A DNA stretch of 64,000 bases from an uncultured Gemmatimonadales bacterium (GTDB taxonomy: Bacteria > Gemmatimonadota > Gemmatimonadetes > Gemmatimonadales > GWC2-71-9). Shown here in pieces: positions 1-8,913 of the stretch (the first letter of the stretch is position 1; each line of letters begins with the position of its first letter). Under the pieces are notes generated by a model, which was given only the letters and a program-made list of their open reading frames with translations, was not told the origin of the DNA and did not search any database. Location of the stretch: assembly GCA_963810185.1 (NCBI GenBank), contig CAWEMJ010000007.1, forward strand, positions 220,447-284,446. The letters run 5' to 3'. The translations under genes and the position numbers were made by a program.

Positions 1-958
1 ACACGGCGGTACCGCCCAGTTCCTCGGCCAGGCGAAGCGCCTCCTGTGCCGCCTCCCGGTTCCGGGCCGGCATGGTGGCGTGACGCGGCAGCTCCACGTA
101 GAGCGCCGTCCAGGGCGCGCGGAGCATTCCGGCCAGTCGGCGCGCACTCCGCACCAGCCGGAGACTCCGCTCGGAGGGCGAGACGCATACCAGCAGGCGT
201 TCGGAGGCCGCCCACGGCTCGGCGATCCCGGCCGACGCGCGATAGCCGCGCATCTGCTCGTCCACCCGCTCGGCGGTGCGGCGGAGCGCGAGCTCGCGAA
301 GCGCGATCAGGTTGCCGCGTCGGAAGAAGCGGTCCAGCGCTCGCTGCGCCTGCTCGGGGAGGTACACTTTCCCCTCGCGGAGCCGCTGTTCCAGCACTTC
401 CGGCGTCACGTCCACCAGCTCGATTTCGTCGGCCTCGTCCAACACGGCGTCCGGTACGGTCTCGCGCACGGTCACGCCCGTGATCTGGGCCACGACATCG
501 TTCAGACTCTCAAGGTGCTGGACGTTCAGCGTGGTGAAGACGTCCATGCCGGCATCCAGCAGCTCGTGAATGTCCTGGTAGCGCTTGGCGTGACGAGCAC
601 CCGGCGCGTTGGAGTGCGCCATCTCGTCCATCAGGATCACGCCGGGCCGTCGGGCGAGCGCGGCGTCGAGGTCGAACTCCTCGAGCGTGGTGCCCCGGTG
701 CGCGAACGCTTTCCGCGGCAGCACCTCGAGCCCCTCTACCAGCGCGGCAGTCTCTCGCCGGCCGTGGGTTTCCACCACGCCCACCAGCACGTCCTTCCCA
801 CTGAGGCGGGCGGCACGCGCCGCCTCGAGCATGCTGAAGGTCTTGCCCACGCCGGGAGAGGCACCCACAAACACCTTGAGCCGCCCCCGTCGGGAGCGGC
901 TCTCCTCCTGCTGGACACGGGCCAGCAGCGCGTCGGGATCGGGGCGCGTTCCCGTCAT
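1..958 (-). CDS. kdpD: Sensor histidine kinase KdpD, N-terminal part (runs off the left edge)
   Basis: Not in the ORF track because it is open to the window edge. My reverse-strand translation from the ATG at 958 gives MTGTRPDPDALLARVQQEESRSRRGRLKVFVGASPGVGKTFSMLEAARA...VLVGVVETHGR...MDEMAHSN...TTLNVQHLESLND. This is the P-loop KdpD N-terminal domain followed by a Usp-like segment. It lies directly downstream of kdpC and the porin gene. Confidence 0.85.
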   Translation of the reverse strand, partial: MTGTRPDPDALLARVQQEESRSRRGRLKVFVGASPGVGKTFSMLEAARAARLSGKDVLVGVVETHGRRETAALVEGLEVLPRKAFAHRGTTLEEFDLDAALARRPGVILMDEMAHSNAPGARHAKRYQDIHELLDAGMDVFTTLNVQHLESLNDVVAQITGVTVRETVPDAVLDEADEIELVDVTPEVLEQRLREGKVYLPEQAQRALDRFFRRGNLIALRELALRRTAERVDEQMRGYRASAGIAEPWAASERLLVCVSPSERSLRLVRSARRLAGMLRAPWTALYVELPRHATMPARNREAAQEALRLAEELGGTAV

Positions 959-986
959 GCGGTGCCGCAGTGGGAGTTGGAGTACA

Positions 987-2057
987 TCAGAACCGAACCG
1001 AGAGCGAGGTGACGATGAACCCACCCGTCTCCGATCCGGCAGGGGCGCCCTGGTCCGGCCAGACTGGATCCGACGAGGTGAAGCCGCGCAGTTCCGTCCG
1101 CCACTTCAGATACTCCTCGGGTTGTACGTCGACCCCGATCGAGCCGCCGATGGTCCGAAAGCCATCCGGGGTGCCGGTGAAGATTAACACCTGATCCCGA
1201 TCGGAGTGCCCCTCCACCCGGCCGACCACGGCCACCTTCTTCGAGAGCGCCTTCCGGCCGATGATCACCGCGCCGTACCAGGTCTGGCTGGACGCATCCG
1301 GGACCGTCTGCGCCCCGACGTCGAACGTCCCCCAGAAATCCCAGCCGTGCCCGGCCGAGACCTTGGCGAGCAGCTGATTGTAGTACCGGGTACGAGCCGG
1401 CAGCGTGTCGAGCTGCTCATTGCCCGCGTAGAACGCGTACGCCAGGGCCAGCGCCGGCGTGGCCTGCCAGTCGACCCGGGCGATGAACGACTTGTCGGGG
1501 TTGTTTTCCGACACGATCTGCCAGCCGTTCACCACGTGGAACTGCGCGGTCACCTTCGACGAGGCGGCCCAGGTCACCTTGGCGCCGGTCACGAAGTACG
1601 GGGTATAGTCCGCCAGCAGTGAGCGGGTGTAGGTCGGGTTGTCCCAGGAGATGAACCCTTCCCAGCCGATCGGCGAGAAGTAGATGCCCCCGTCCACCCA
1701 GAGCTTGGGGGACACTCGCACCCCCACCCACGCCTCCTGGATGATGCGTGCGAGGTCGTCTCCGCTGACGCTCCCGACGTTGGGCTCGCCGGCGTAGTTG
1801 GCCTGCACCGACGTCCCGGCCTGCAGCGCCACGCGCCCACGGACCTTTTCGCCGGTCAGTTTCGCCTCGAGGAACGCCAGGTTGACGTTGAATTCGTCGT
1901 GCCGCGCCGGCTGGGTGGTGAAGGGCCGGTCGAATGCGTCGGGCTGGCCGAAGTCCCAGGCGAAATAGGTGTCGATGAACGCCCCGAACACGACGGCCGG
2001 CTTCGGCGTCGTGTCCTGCGCGGTCAGCACAACGGCCACCATCGCCAGCGAGATCAC
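987..2057 (-). CDS. Porin-like outer-membrane beta-barrel protein embedded in the kdp locus
   Basis: 356-aa ORF with a short signal-like N-terminus (MISLAMVAVVLTAQ), alternating aromatic and polar beta-strand pattern, and a C-terminal ...VTSLSVRF ending in Phe, typical of OMP barrels. The GTG start overlaps the kdpC TGA (GTGA). Confidence 0.7.
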   Translation of the reverse strand: MISLAMVAVVLTAQDTTPKPAVVFGAFIDTYFAWDFGQPDAFDRPFTTQPARHDEFNVNLAFLEAKLTGEKVRGRVALQAGTSVQANYAGEPNVGSVSGDDLARIIQEAWVGVRVSPKLWVDGGIYFSPIGWEGFISWDNPTYTRSLLADYTPYFVTGAKVTWAASSKVTAQFHVVNGWQIVSENNPDKSFIARVDWQATPALALAYAFYAGNEQLDTLPARTRYYNQLLAKVSAGHGWDFWGTFDVGAQTVPDASSQTWYGAVIIGRKALSKKVAVVGRVEGHSDRDQVLIFTGTPDGFRTIGGSIGVDVQPEEYLKWRTELRGFTSSDPVWPDQGAPAGSETGGFIVTSLSVRF

Positions 2058-2629
2058 GGGACATCTCCATCGAGCGACAGGTTGACCAACAGGACGTTCA
2101 CGCGCGGCTCGCCGAAGACGCCAAGGAATCGCCCTTCGGTGTGGGAGGCGATGATCGCCTCCACCGACGCCGGGCTCATGCCCCGCGCCCGCGCGATGCG
2201 GGGCACCTGCACCGCCGCCGCGGCCGGCGAGAGGTGCGGATCGAGCCCGCTCCCGGACGTGGTCACGAGATCCACGGGAATCGGGCCGGTCAGCGTGGAG
2301 TCCGCCGCGCGGAGCGCCGCGATCCGGCCGGCCACGGCATCGCGGAGCGCCGGGTTGCTCGGGCCGAGGTTCGACCCGCTCGAGGCGGCTCCGTTATTGG
2401 GGATGGGACTGGTGGCCGACGGGCGCGACCAGAGGTAGCCCGGTGCACTGAACGGCTGGCCGATCAGGCGAGAGCCGCGGGCCGTGCCCTCCACCTCGAC
2501 GAGGCTGCCGTTGGCCTCGGACGGAAAGAGCAGTTGGGCCAGGCCGGTGATCGCCGCCGGATAGAGCACCCCCGTGAGGAGGGTCATCAGGGCGACGAAC
2601 ACCAGCGCGGGACGCAAGAGGGTGCGCAT
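2054..2629 (-). CDS. kdpC: K+-transporting ATPase subunit C
   Basis: 191 aa with an N-terminal TM helix, then LIGQPF...GYLWSRPSA...SGSNLGPSNPAL...VDLVTTSGSGLDPHLSPAAA, which are canonical KdpC motifs. It follows kdpB. Confidence 0.9.
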   Translation of the reverse strand: MRTLLRPALVFVALMTLLTGVLYPAAITGLAQLLFPSEANGSLVEVEGTARGSRLIGQPFSAPGYLWSRPSATSPIPNNGAASSGSNLGPSNPALRDAVAGRIAALRAADSTLTGPIPVDLVTTSGSGLDPHLSPAAAAVQVPRIARARGMSPASVEAIIASHTEGRFLGVFGEPRVNVLLVNLSLDGDVP

Positions 2630-2638
2630 GTCAGGGCC

Positions 2639-4705
2639 TCACGCCAGCTTCAGGGCGACGAGCAGGACGTCGATGAGTTTGATGCCGATGAAGGGCGCCA
2701 CCAGGCCGCCCAGGCCGTAGACCAGCAGGTTTCGGCGGAGCAGCGACGCCGCGCCGAGCGGCCGGTAGGACACGCCCTTCAGCGCCAGCGGAATCAGGAA
2801 CACGATGATGAGCGCGTTGAAGATGACCGCCGAGAGCACGGCGCTCTCGGGCGTGGCCAGGCGCATCACGTTGAGCGCGCCGAGCGCGGGGTACGTGCCG
2901 ACGAAGGCCGCCGGGATGATGGCGAAATACTTCGCCACGTCGTTGGCGGTGCTGAAGGTAGTGAGCGCTCCGCGCGTCATCAGCATCTGCTTCCCGGTCT
3001 CCACCACCTCGATGAGTTTCGTCGGGTTGCTGTCGAGGTCCACCATGTTGCCTGCTTCCTTGGCTGCCTGGGTGCCGGAGTTCATGGCTACCGCCACATC
3101 GGCCTGGGCCAGCGCCGGCGCGTCGTTGGTGCCGTCGCCGGTCATCGCCACCAGCCTCCCCTCGGCCTGGTACTTCCGGATCAGCGCCAGCTTCTGCTCC
3201 GGCGTGGCCTGCGCCAGGTAGTCGTCGACCCCTGCCTCCGCCGCGATGGCCGCGGCCGTCAGCGGATTGTCGCCGGTGATCATGACCGTCTTGATCCCCA
3301 TCGAGCGCAATTCGCCGAACCGCTCCTTGATCCCGCCCTTGACCACGTCCTTGAGTTGGATGACGCCGAGTGCGCGCGCTCCATCGGCCACCACCAGCGG
3401 CGTGCCGCCGGTCTTGGCGATGGCGGTCACTGCGGCGTCGACGTTGGCCGGCACCCGGCCTCCGGCTTGTCGGACCCAGCTCACGATCGTCTCCGCGGCG
3501 CCCTTCCGGATCTGGCGACCGTCCAGGTCCACGCCGCTCATCCGCGTCTCCGCGGAAAAGGGAACGAAGCGCGCGCCCAGCGCGTGCACGTCCCGCTCGC
3601 GGATGCCGAACTTCTCCTTGGCCAGCACGACGATGCTCCGTCCCTCCGGCGTCTCGTCCGCCAGGGAGGCGAGTTGCGCCGCGTCGGCCAGCTCCTGTTC
3701 CGTCACGCCCTCGGCCGGCATGAAGGCCACCGCCTGGCGGTTGCCCAGCGTGATGGTGCCGGTCTTGTCCAGCAGCAGCACGTCCACGTCGCCCGCCGCC
3801 TCGACCGCGCGGCCCGACATGGCGATCACATTCTTCCGGATCATGCGGTCCATGCCGGCAATGCCGATGGCCGACAACAGCCCGCCGATCGTGGTGGGGA
3901 TGAGGCAGACCAACAGCGCCACCAGCACGGTGAGGGTGATGGGGGTGCCCTGCCCCGCCGCCGCCACGCTATAGATCGAGAACGGCAACAGGGTGGCCAC
4001 GGTGAGCAGGAAGATCAGGGTCAGCCCGGCCAGCAGGATTTCGAGCGCGATCTCGTTGGGAGTCTTTTTGCGGTGCGCCGCCTCGATCAGCCCGATCATC
4101 CGGTCGAGGAACGACTCGCCGGGGTTGACGCTCACGCGCACGACGAGCCAGTCGGAGAGCACCCGCGTCCCGCCGGTCACCGCGCTCCGGTCCCCGCCGC
4201 TTTCACGAATGACGGGCGCGCTCTCGCCGGTCACTGCGCTCTCGTCCACCGAGGCGACCCCTTCGATGATCTCCCCGTCCGCCGGGATGTACTCTCCCGC
4301 CGTCACGAAGACCGCGTGGCCCTTCCGGAGGTCGGCCGCGGCCGTCATCTGGAAATCGAGGTGATTCGCGGGGTCCGTGAGTCGCTTCGCCTGGAGAGCG
4401 GTGCGGGTGCGCCGGAGCGCGTCCGCCTGGGCCTTGCCCCGCCCTTCGGCCAGCGCTTCCGCGAAGTTGGCGAACAACACGGTGAGCCAGAGCCAGGCGC
4501 TGACGCCGAGGATGAACCAGGGGCTTTCATCCCCGATGCCGCGGAACGATGCCCCGGCCAGGACCAGGGTAAACAGGCTTCCGACCAGCACGACAAACAT
4601 CACCGGATTCCGCAGTTGGTGGCGCGGATGGAGCTTCGTGAAGGAGTCGCGGAGCGCCCGCCGGGTCGTGCCCGGCGCCACGAGGGAAGGCGAGGAGCGG
4701 GTCAT
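2639..4705 (-). CDS. kdpB: K+-transporting P-type ATPase subunit B
   Basis: 688 aa with the P-type ATPase motifs [17 protein letters not shown] and [16 protein letters not shown]. Typical KdpB N-terminus ([11 protein letters not shown]). Confidence 0.97.
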   Translation of the reverse strand: MTRSSPSLVAPGTTRRALRDSFTKLHPRHQLRNPVMFVVLVGSLFTLVLAGASFRGIGDESPWFILGVSAWLWLTVLFANFAEALAEGRGKAQADALRRTRTALQAKRLTDPANHLDFQMTAAADLRKGHAVFVTAGEYIPADGEIIEGVASVDESAVTGESAPVIRESGGDRSAVTGGTRVLSDWLVVRVSVNPGESFLDRMIGLIEAAHRKKTPNEIALEILLAGLTLIFLLTVATLLPFSIYSVAAAGQGTPITLTVLVALLVCLIPTTIGGLLSAIGIAGMDRMIRKNVIAMSGRAVEAAGDVDVLLLDKTGTITLGNRQAVAFMPAEGVTEQELADAAQLASLADETPEGRSIVVLAKEKFGIRERDVHALGARFVPFSAETRMSGVDLDGRQIRKGAAETIVSWVRQAGGRVPANVDAAVTAIAKTGGTPLVVADGARALGVIQLKDVVKGGIKERFGELRSMGIKTVMITGDNPLTAAAIAAEAGVDDYLAQATPEQKLALIRKYQAEGRLVAMTGDGTNDAPALAQADVAVAMNSGTQAAKEAGNMVDLDSNPTKLIEVVETGKQMLMTRGALTTFSTANDVAKYFAIIPAAFVGTYPALGALNVMRLATPESAVLSAVIFNALIIVFLIPLALKGVSYRPLGAASLLRRNLLVYGLGGLVAPFIGIKLIDVLLVALKLA

Positions 4706-4708
4706 GGC

Positions 4709-6451
4709 TCAGTGTCCCATCAGCATGAGATGTTCGACGATCGGACCGAGGGCCAACCCTGGCAGGTGCGCCAGCGCGCCCACCAGCAGCACCGTGCCGA
4801 GCAGCAGGGCGACGAACAGCGGCGTGTGAGTCGGCAAGGTCCCCAGCCCCGGCGGCACCGATTTCTTGCCCGCGAGCGAACCGGCTATGGCCAGCGTCGG
4901 CACGATGATCCAAAACCGGCTGACGAACATCGCGATGCCGAGAGCCAGGTTGAAGAACGGCGTGTTGGCGTTGAGGCCCGCGAAGGCGCTCCCATTGTTG
5001 TTGGAGGCCGAGGTGAGGCCGTACAGGACTTCCGTGAAGCCATGCGCCCCGGGGTTGAAGATCGAGGCGGTGGCGGAAGGGAGCACGACGGCGACGGCGG
5101 TGCCGATCAGGAGCAGGGCGGAGGGGAGCAGGACGATGACCGCGGAGAGGGTCACCTCGCGCGCCTCGATCTTCTTGCCGAGGTACTCCGGCGTGCGCCC
5201 CACCATCAGCCCCGCGATGAACACGGCCAGGATCACGAAGATCAGCATGCCGTAAAGCCCGGAACCCACTCCGCCGAAGACGACTTCGCCCAGCTGCATC
5301 AACCAGAGCGGCCAGAGTCCACCGAGCGGAGTGAAGGAGTCGTGCATCGAGTTGACGGAGCCGTTGGACGCCGCGGTGGTCGCGGTGGCCCACAGGGCGG
5401 AACTCACCGGACCGAAGCGCGCCTCCTTCCCCTCCATGTTGCCGCCGGGCTGGACACCGGACGGAGCCTGGTCCGCGCCCACCGCGGTGAGCACCGGGTT
5501 GCCCGCCTGCTCCGATGACATCGTGGCGACGGTGAGCGCCGCGAAGATGATGGCCATGGCGGCAAAGATGGCCCACCCTTGCCGGTCGTCCTTGACCATC
5601 CGGCCGAAGGTGAAGCAGAGCGCCGCTGGAAGAAGGAGGATGGCCAGCATTTCCAGCAAGTTGCTGAAGGGGGTCGGATTCTCGAGCGGATGTGCCGAGT
5701 TCACGTTGAAGAACCCGCCGCCGTTGGTGCCGAGTTGCTTGATCGCCACCTGGCTGGCGGCGGGCCCGACCGCAATGGCCTGGGTGGTGACGAGAGAGGA
5801 ATCCGCCTGGAACGGCTGGACCAAGGTCACCGCCCGGCTGGCGGCCATGGTCTGGACGACGCCCTGCGAGACCAGCAGCAGCGACAGTACCACCGCGAGC
5901 GGGAGCAGCACGTAGAGCACGCTGCGGGTCACGTCCACCCACGCGTTACCCAGTGTGCTCGCCGTGCGCCGGTGCAGCCCGCGGATGAACGCGGCGAGAA
6001 CGGCCATGCCGACCGCCGCCGAGACGAAATTCTGCACCGTGAGCGCCAGCATCTGCGTCAGGTTGCTCATCGTCGTCTCGCCGCCGTACGCCTGCCAGTT
6101 CGTGTTGGTCACGAAGCTCATGGCGGTGTTGAAGGCGAGCGCGGCGGGGACGCCGGCGAAGCCCGCCGGGTTCCCGGGCAGGACGCCTTGCAACCGCTGA
6201 ATGGCGTAGACCGCCACCAGGCTCACGGCGCTGATGGCCAGGACGGCGAGCGTGTATTCCCGCCAGCCCATTTCCTTCCCCGGGTCGACGCCCAGGAACC
6301 GGTAGAAAAGGCGTTCGACCGGCGCGAGCGCCCGCTGGGCGAGTTTCGCCTCTCCGGTGTAGACCCGCGCCATATAGTGACCCAGGGGCAGCCCGAGTCC
6401 GATCAGCAGCGCCAGATAGCCACCGAGCTGGAGCCACGCGAAGGAGGTCAT
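4709..6451 (-). CDS. kdpA: K+-transporting ATPase subunit A
   Basis: ORF 4709..6526. I place the start at the internal ATG 6451 (MTSFAWLQLGGYLALL...), which has GGAGG 8 nt upstream and overlaps the kdpF stop (ATGA). Polytopic membrane protein with KdpA-like selectivity-filter segments (NTNWQAYGGE, GTNGGGFF, SNNGSAF). Confidence 0.95.
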   Translation of the reverse strand: MTSFAWLQLGGYLALLIGLGLPLGHYMARVYTGEAKLAQRALAPVERLFYRFLGVDPGKEMGWREYTLAVLAISAVSLVAVYAIQRLQGVLPGNPAGFAGVPAALAFNTAMSFVTNTNWQAYGGETTMSNLTQMLALTVQNFVSAAVGMAVLAAFIRGLHRRTASTLGNAWVDVTRSVLYVLLPLAVVLSLLLVSQGVVQTMAASRAVTLVQPFQADSSLVTTQAIAVGPAASQVAIKQLGTNGGGFFNVNSAHPLENPTPFSNLLEMLAILLLPAALCFTFGRMVKDDRQGWAIFAAMAIIFAALTVATMSSEQAGNPVLTAVGADQAPSGVQPGGNMEGKEARFGPVSSALWATATTAASNGSVNSMHDSFTPLGGLWPLWLMQLGEVVFGGVGSGLYGMLIFVILAVFIAGLMVGRTPEYLGKKIEAREVTLSAVIVLLPSALLLIGTAVAVVLPSATASIFNPGAHGFTEVLYGLTSASNNNGSAFAGLNANTPFFNLALGIAMFVSRFWIIVPTLAIAGSLAGKKSVPPGLGTLPTHTPLFVALLLGTVLLVGALAHLPGLALGPIVEHLMLMGH

Positions 6452-6540
6452 TCGAACGCCTCCGGATTCAGCAGCGCCACCAATAGATAGATGAAGAGCC
6501 CGAGCGCAAGCACTCCAGCGATCCAATAGAGAACGGTCAT
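6448..6540 (-). CDS. kdpF: K+-transporting ATPase small subunit F (30 aa)
   Basis: Below the ORF-track size cutoff, so I translated it by hand: MTVLYWIAGVLALGLFIYLLVALLNPEAFE. It is a single TM helix with a KdpF-like ending. A GGAGG lies 8 nt upstream, and its TGA overlaps the kdpA ATG. Confidence 0.7.
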   Translation of the reverse strand: MTVLYWIAGVLALGLFIYLLVALLNPEAFE

Positions 6541-6632
6541 CGGGTGCCTCCGCGCCGTTCGCAGAGGCGCAGGAAGCCCCTGGTCAGGACCAGGAGGAAG
6601 GCGGTGAGCGCGATGATTGCCAGGTCCAGCAT
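6537..6632 (-). CDS. Hypothetical 31-aa single-TM peptide, ATGA-coupled upstream of kdpF
   Basis: Hand translation: MLDLAIIALTAFLLVLTRGFLRLCERRGGTR. Its TGA overlaps the kdpF ATG (cgATGAcc). There is no Shine-Dalgarno, and a perfect 8-bp hairpin sits 8 nt upstream. Speculative. Confidence 0.25.
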   Translation of the reverse strand: MLDLAIIALTAFLLVLTRGFLRLCERRGGTR

Positions 6633-6733
6633 GGATCGAGTCCGTGTGGGAGACACGGACAAGCTACGGCGGGCTGCGTCAGGGAGGGGTAAGGAGAGGT
6701 GAAGCGGGTGTTAGGAAAGCATCAGGATCGCAC

Positions 6734-8368
6734 CTATGGTCGGCGCCGCCATCCCGGCGCCACCGGCGGCGTGGACATCGACGCCCGCCGCAGCAGTTCG
6801 AGATGCGGGGCGAGCACATCAGCCAGCTGCTGCGCCAGCGCAATGTCTGCCCGCGTGAACGCGTCCGCGCCGGCGGCCAGCAACGTGAGGCAGCCGAAGA
6901 TTCGCCCCGCCACGCGGAGCGGCACCACCAGCGCGGCGGTGGGCTGCCCCGAACCCATGTCTGATTCGAGCTGTCGGCGCGCGGAGGCATAGGCATGCGG
7001 CAGTTCCCCGCGCAGCACCCTCCCCAGTTCGGTTCCGGCCACGGACACCAGCGGCAGGTCGGGCAGCGGGCGCGAGTCGCCCGACGCGACGATCACCACC
7101 TCGTCGGCCTCGCCCAGCCGCAGGGCAAACTCGACGCGATCGAACGGCAGGACCGTTGATGCCTCGCGGGCAAAGAGCCGGGTGGCCGCGCCGACATGGG
7201 CCGTGGTCGCCAGCACCTCGGCGATCCGTCCAAGGTGCGCGGGCACGTTGCGGAGCACGCTCAGGTGGGAGCGCATCACCTGCACCTGCCAGGCCAGCAG
7301 GAAGCTGTCCACCCGCACGGCGACGAGCGGTGCCACCTGTCGCAGGAGCTCGAGATCGTCGGGCCGGAAGAACTCGGGGCCATTGCCTCCGAGGAGGAGA
7401 TACCCCGCCACGCGGGTCTGAGAGAGCAGGCGCACGCCCACGACGGAACGCGCCAGCGGCGAGCCCCTGCCCTGCCCCGGCGCATCGGGACACCACGACG
7501 GCGTGCCCTGCTGCGCGTTGGTGTCGCCCACCAGGATATCGTCGGCGTCGCCAAACCTGGCCGCCGGATCGAACTGGCCCTTGGTCACGACAAGCGCCGG
7601 ATCAGACCAGAAGGTGCCGGGTCCGTGGCGGTCGAATCGGTAGTGCTCCTGCGCTGACGCGTCGGGCACGAGGATCTGGATCTGGTCGTGCGGCAGCATA
7701 GGCTGGAGCGCCTGTGACACGAACTCGGAAAATTCCCGCGGAGTGCGCGAGGCCGATTCGGCCAGGCCAAGCTTGGCCAGCAGCTCGTGCAGTTCCACGA
7801 GCTTCCGTCCCGGCTCGGACCGGCGGCGCTCCGGCGGTGGCGGGGAGCCATCCTCGCGCGGCGGCGCCAACGGTTCCCTGCCCTGCCGCGACACGCGCGC
7901 CAGCGTCGGCCCGAGTGAGTCCGCCACGTTGCGGAGCAGCACTGCTTCCGGCAAGCCGTAGCGGGCGGGACGGAGATCGGCGAGCAGGAGGAGCCCCACA
8001 TCCCGGTCGCCGTGGGCCACCGCCATGCAGACCGCCGACGCGTAGCCGGCAGTCCGGATTCGCTGCTCCATGGTGTAGAGCTCGTCCTGGCCCAGATGCG
8101 GGGCGGGAGACGGAACTTCGAGATTGTCCTGCGCCAGCGCGGAGGGGCCCACCAGCACCGCCGGACCCTCTGGTGGATAGACCCAGAGCGCCATCAGGTC
8201 GTGCGGGAGCTCGGGAGCCAGCAAACCGGAAAGCGCCTCGAGCCAGGTCTCAAGGGCGACCGCATCCCACGACCCTCCCTTGAGGCGCAGCAACGGAACC
8301 CTCACATCGAGGGCTTCGATCTCGCCACCTTGGGAGGAGGATCGGAATGAGTCGCGGTGGTCGTTCAT
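6734..8368 (-). CDS. Multi-GAF-domain protein with no recognisable output domain
   Basis: ORF 6734..8434; the likely start is the internal ATG at 8368 (MNDHRDSF...). Repeated GAF-like segments are present (e.g. ...VCMAVAHGDRDVGLLLLADLRPARYG..., ...RVAGYLLLGGNGPEFFRPDDLELLRQVAPLVAV..., ...VPLRVAGRIFGCLTLLAAGADAFTRADIALAQQLADVLAPHLE). Confidence 0.75.
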   Translation of the reverse strand: MNDHRDSFRSSSQGGEIEALDVRVPLLRLKGGSWDAVALETWLEALSGLLAPELPHDLMALWVYPPEGPAVLVGPSALAQDNLEVPSPAPHLGQDELYTMEQRIRTAGYASAVCMAVAHGDRDVGLLLLADLRPARYGLPEAVLLRNVADSLGPTLARVSRQGREPLAPPREDGSPPPPERRRSEPGRKLVELHELLAKLGLAESASRTPREFSEFVSQALQPMLPHDQIQILVPDASAQEHYRFDRHGPGTFWSDPALVVTKGQFDPAARFGDADDILVGDTNAQQGTPSWCPDAPGQGRGSPLARSVVGVRLLSQTRVAGYLLLGGNGPEFFRPDDLELLRQVAPLVAVRVDSFLLAWQVQVMRSHLSVLRNVPAHLGRIAEVLATTAHVGAATRLFAREASTVLPFDRVEFALRLGEADEVVIVASGDSRPLPDLPLVSVAGTELGRVLRGELPHAYASARRQLESDMGSGQPTAALVVPLRVAGRIFGCLTLLAAGADAFTRADIALAQQLADVLAPHLELLRRASMSTPPVAPGWRRRP

Positions 8369-8537
8369 GGTGCGGCATAGTGCACTTTGCATGCCTCGGC
8401 TTGCAGTCACACAACGTAATGATATACAAAACAATGGGTTACGCCAGCTTTTGTTATCTCAATCGCGGTGCGATCTTTACCGCCTCATCTTGCAAATGCC
8501 TGCTGGACAAGAACTTCAGCCCGGATACAGATGGCTG

Positions 8538-8566
8538 TTGACATACCCCCCACCCCTATATATCTT
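8538..8566 (+). promoter_or_regulatory. Candidate cop promoter with embedded C-tract operator (ATA-C6-A-C4-TAT)
   Basis: TTGACA at 8538-8543. Possible -10 elements are TATATA/TATATC/TATCTT at 8557-8566 (17 nt spacing to TATCTT). The spacer is a C6-A-C4 tract flanked by ATA...TAT. It lies 116 nt upstream of copZ in an AT-rich intergenic island, and csoR is in the same operon. Confidence 0.4.
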
Positions 8567-8651
8567 GGATCGCCTTTTCGCCGCTGCGGCCCGCAGTCAG
8601 TCGCCCTCGCTCTCTCTGGGCAAATGATTCTGGAAGGGCCACAGACATAGT

Positions 8652-8669
8652 TAGTAGTACTCACTACTA
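8652..8669 (+). promoter_or_regulatory. Perfect 7-bp inverted repeat TAGTAGT-ACTC-ACTACTA immediately upstream of copZ
   Basis: Read directly: 8652-8658 TAGTAGT, 8659-8662 ACTC, 8663-8669 ACTACTA. It ends 12 nt before the copZ ATG at 8682. Confidence 0.35.
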
Positions 8670-8681
8670 TGTATTGGAATC

Positions 8682-8900
8682 ATGGAAAATCTCACCCTCC
8701 ACATCGAAGGCATGTCCTGCGGGCACTGCCTCAACGCCGTCAACAAGGCGCTTGCCGCCCTCGACGGCGTGAAGATCGATTCGGTCAAGATCGGGCGGGC
8801 GGAAGTGCGGTTCGATGCCGCCAAGACCGATCCCGTCCGGATTGCCGCCGCCATTTCCGAAGAGGGCTACCGCGCCACTCCGGCCCCCGGCCCCGCCTGA
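8682..8900 (+). CDS. copZ: Copper chaperone CopZ (HMA domain)
   Basis: 72 aa. [24 protein letters not shown]... carries the GMxCxxC heavy-metal-associated motif. It lies directly upstream of copA. Confidence 0.9.
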   Translation: MENLTLHIEGMSCGHCLNAVNKALAALDGVKIDSVKIGRAEVRFDAAKTDPVRIAAAISEEGYRATPAPGPA

Positions 8901-8913
8901 GCTGGTCGTAACG

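Noticed and set aside
2141-5518. 1125-aa plus-strand ORF antisense to kdpC/kdpB/kdpA. Similar giants occur at 8785..10845(-), 20972..23254(-), 25316..27301(+), 50557..53139(-), 59435..60874(-) and 61100..63829(+)
   Set aside because: These are shadow ORFs of a GC-rich genome. They have extreme Arg/Gly/Pro/His content and no motifs, and each lies opposite a gene with unambiguous family signatures.
8347-8650. Two small plus-strand ORFs (64 aa Cys-rich at 8347..8541; 60 aa at 8468..8650) in the GAF/cop divergent intergenic region
   Set aside because: They overlap the promoter and operator elements and the 5' end of the GAF gene, have no SD and no recognisable fold. They are more simply explained as chance ORFs in an AT-rich spacer.
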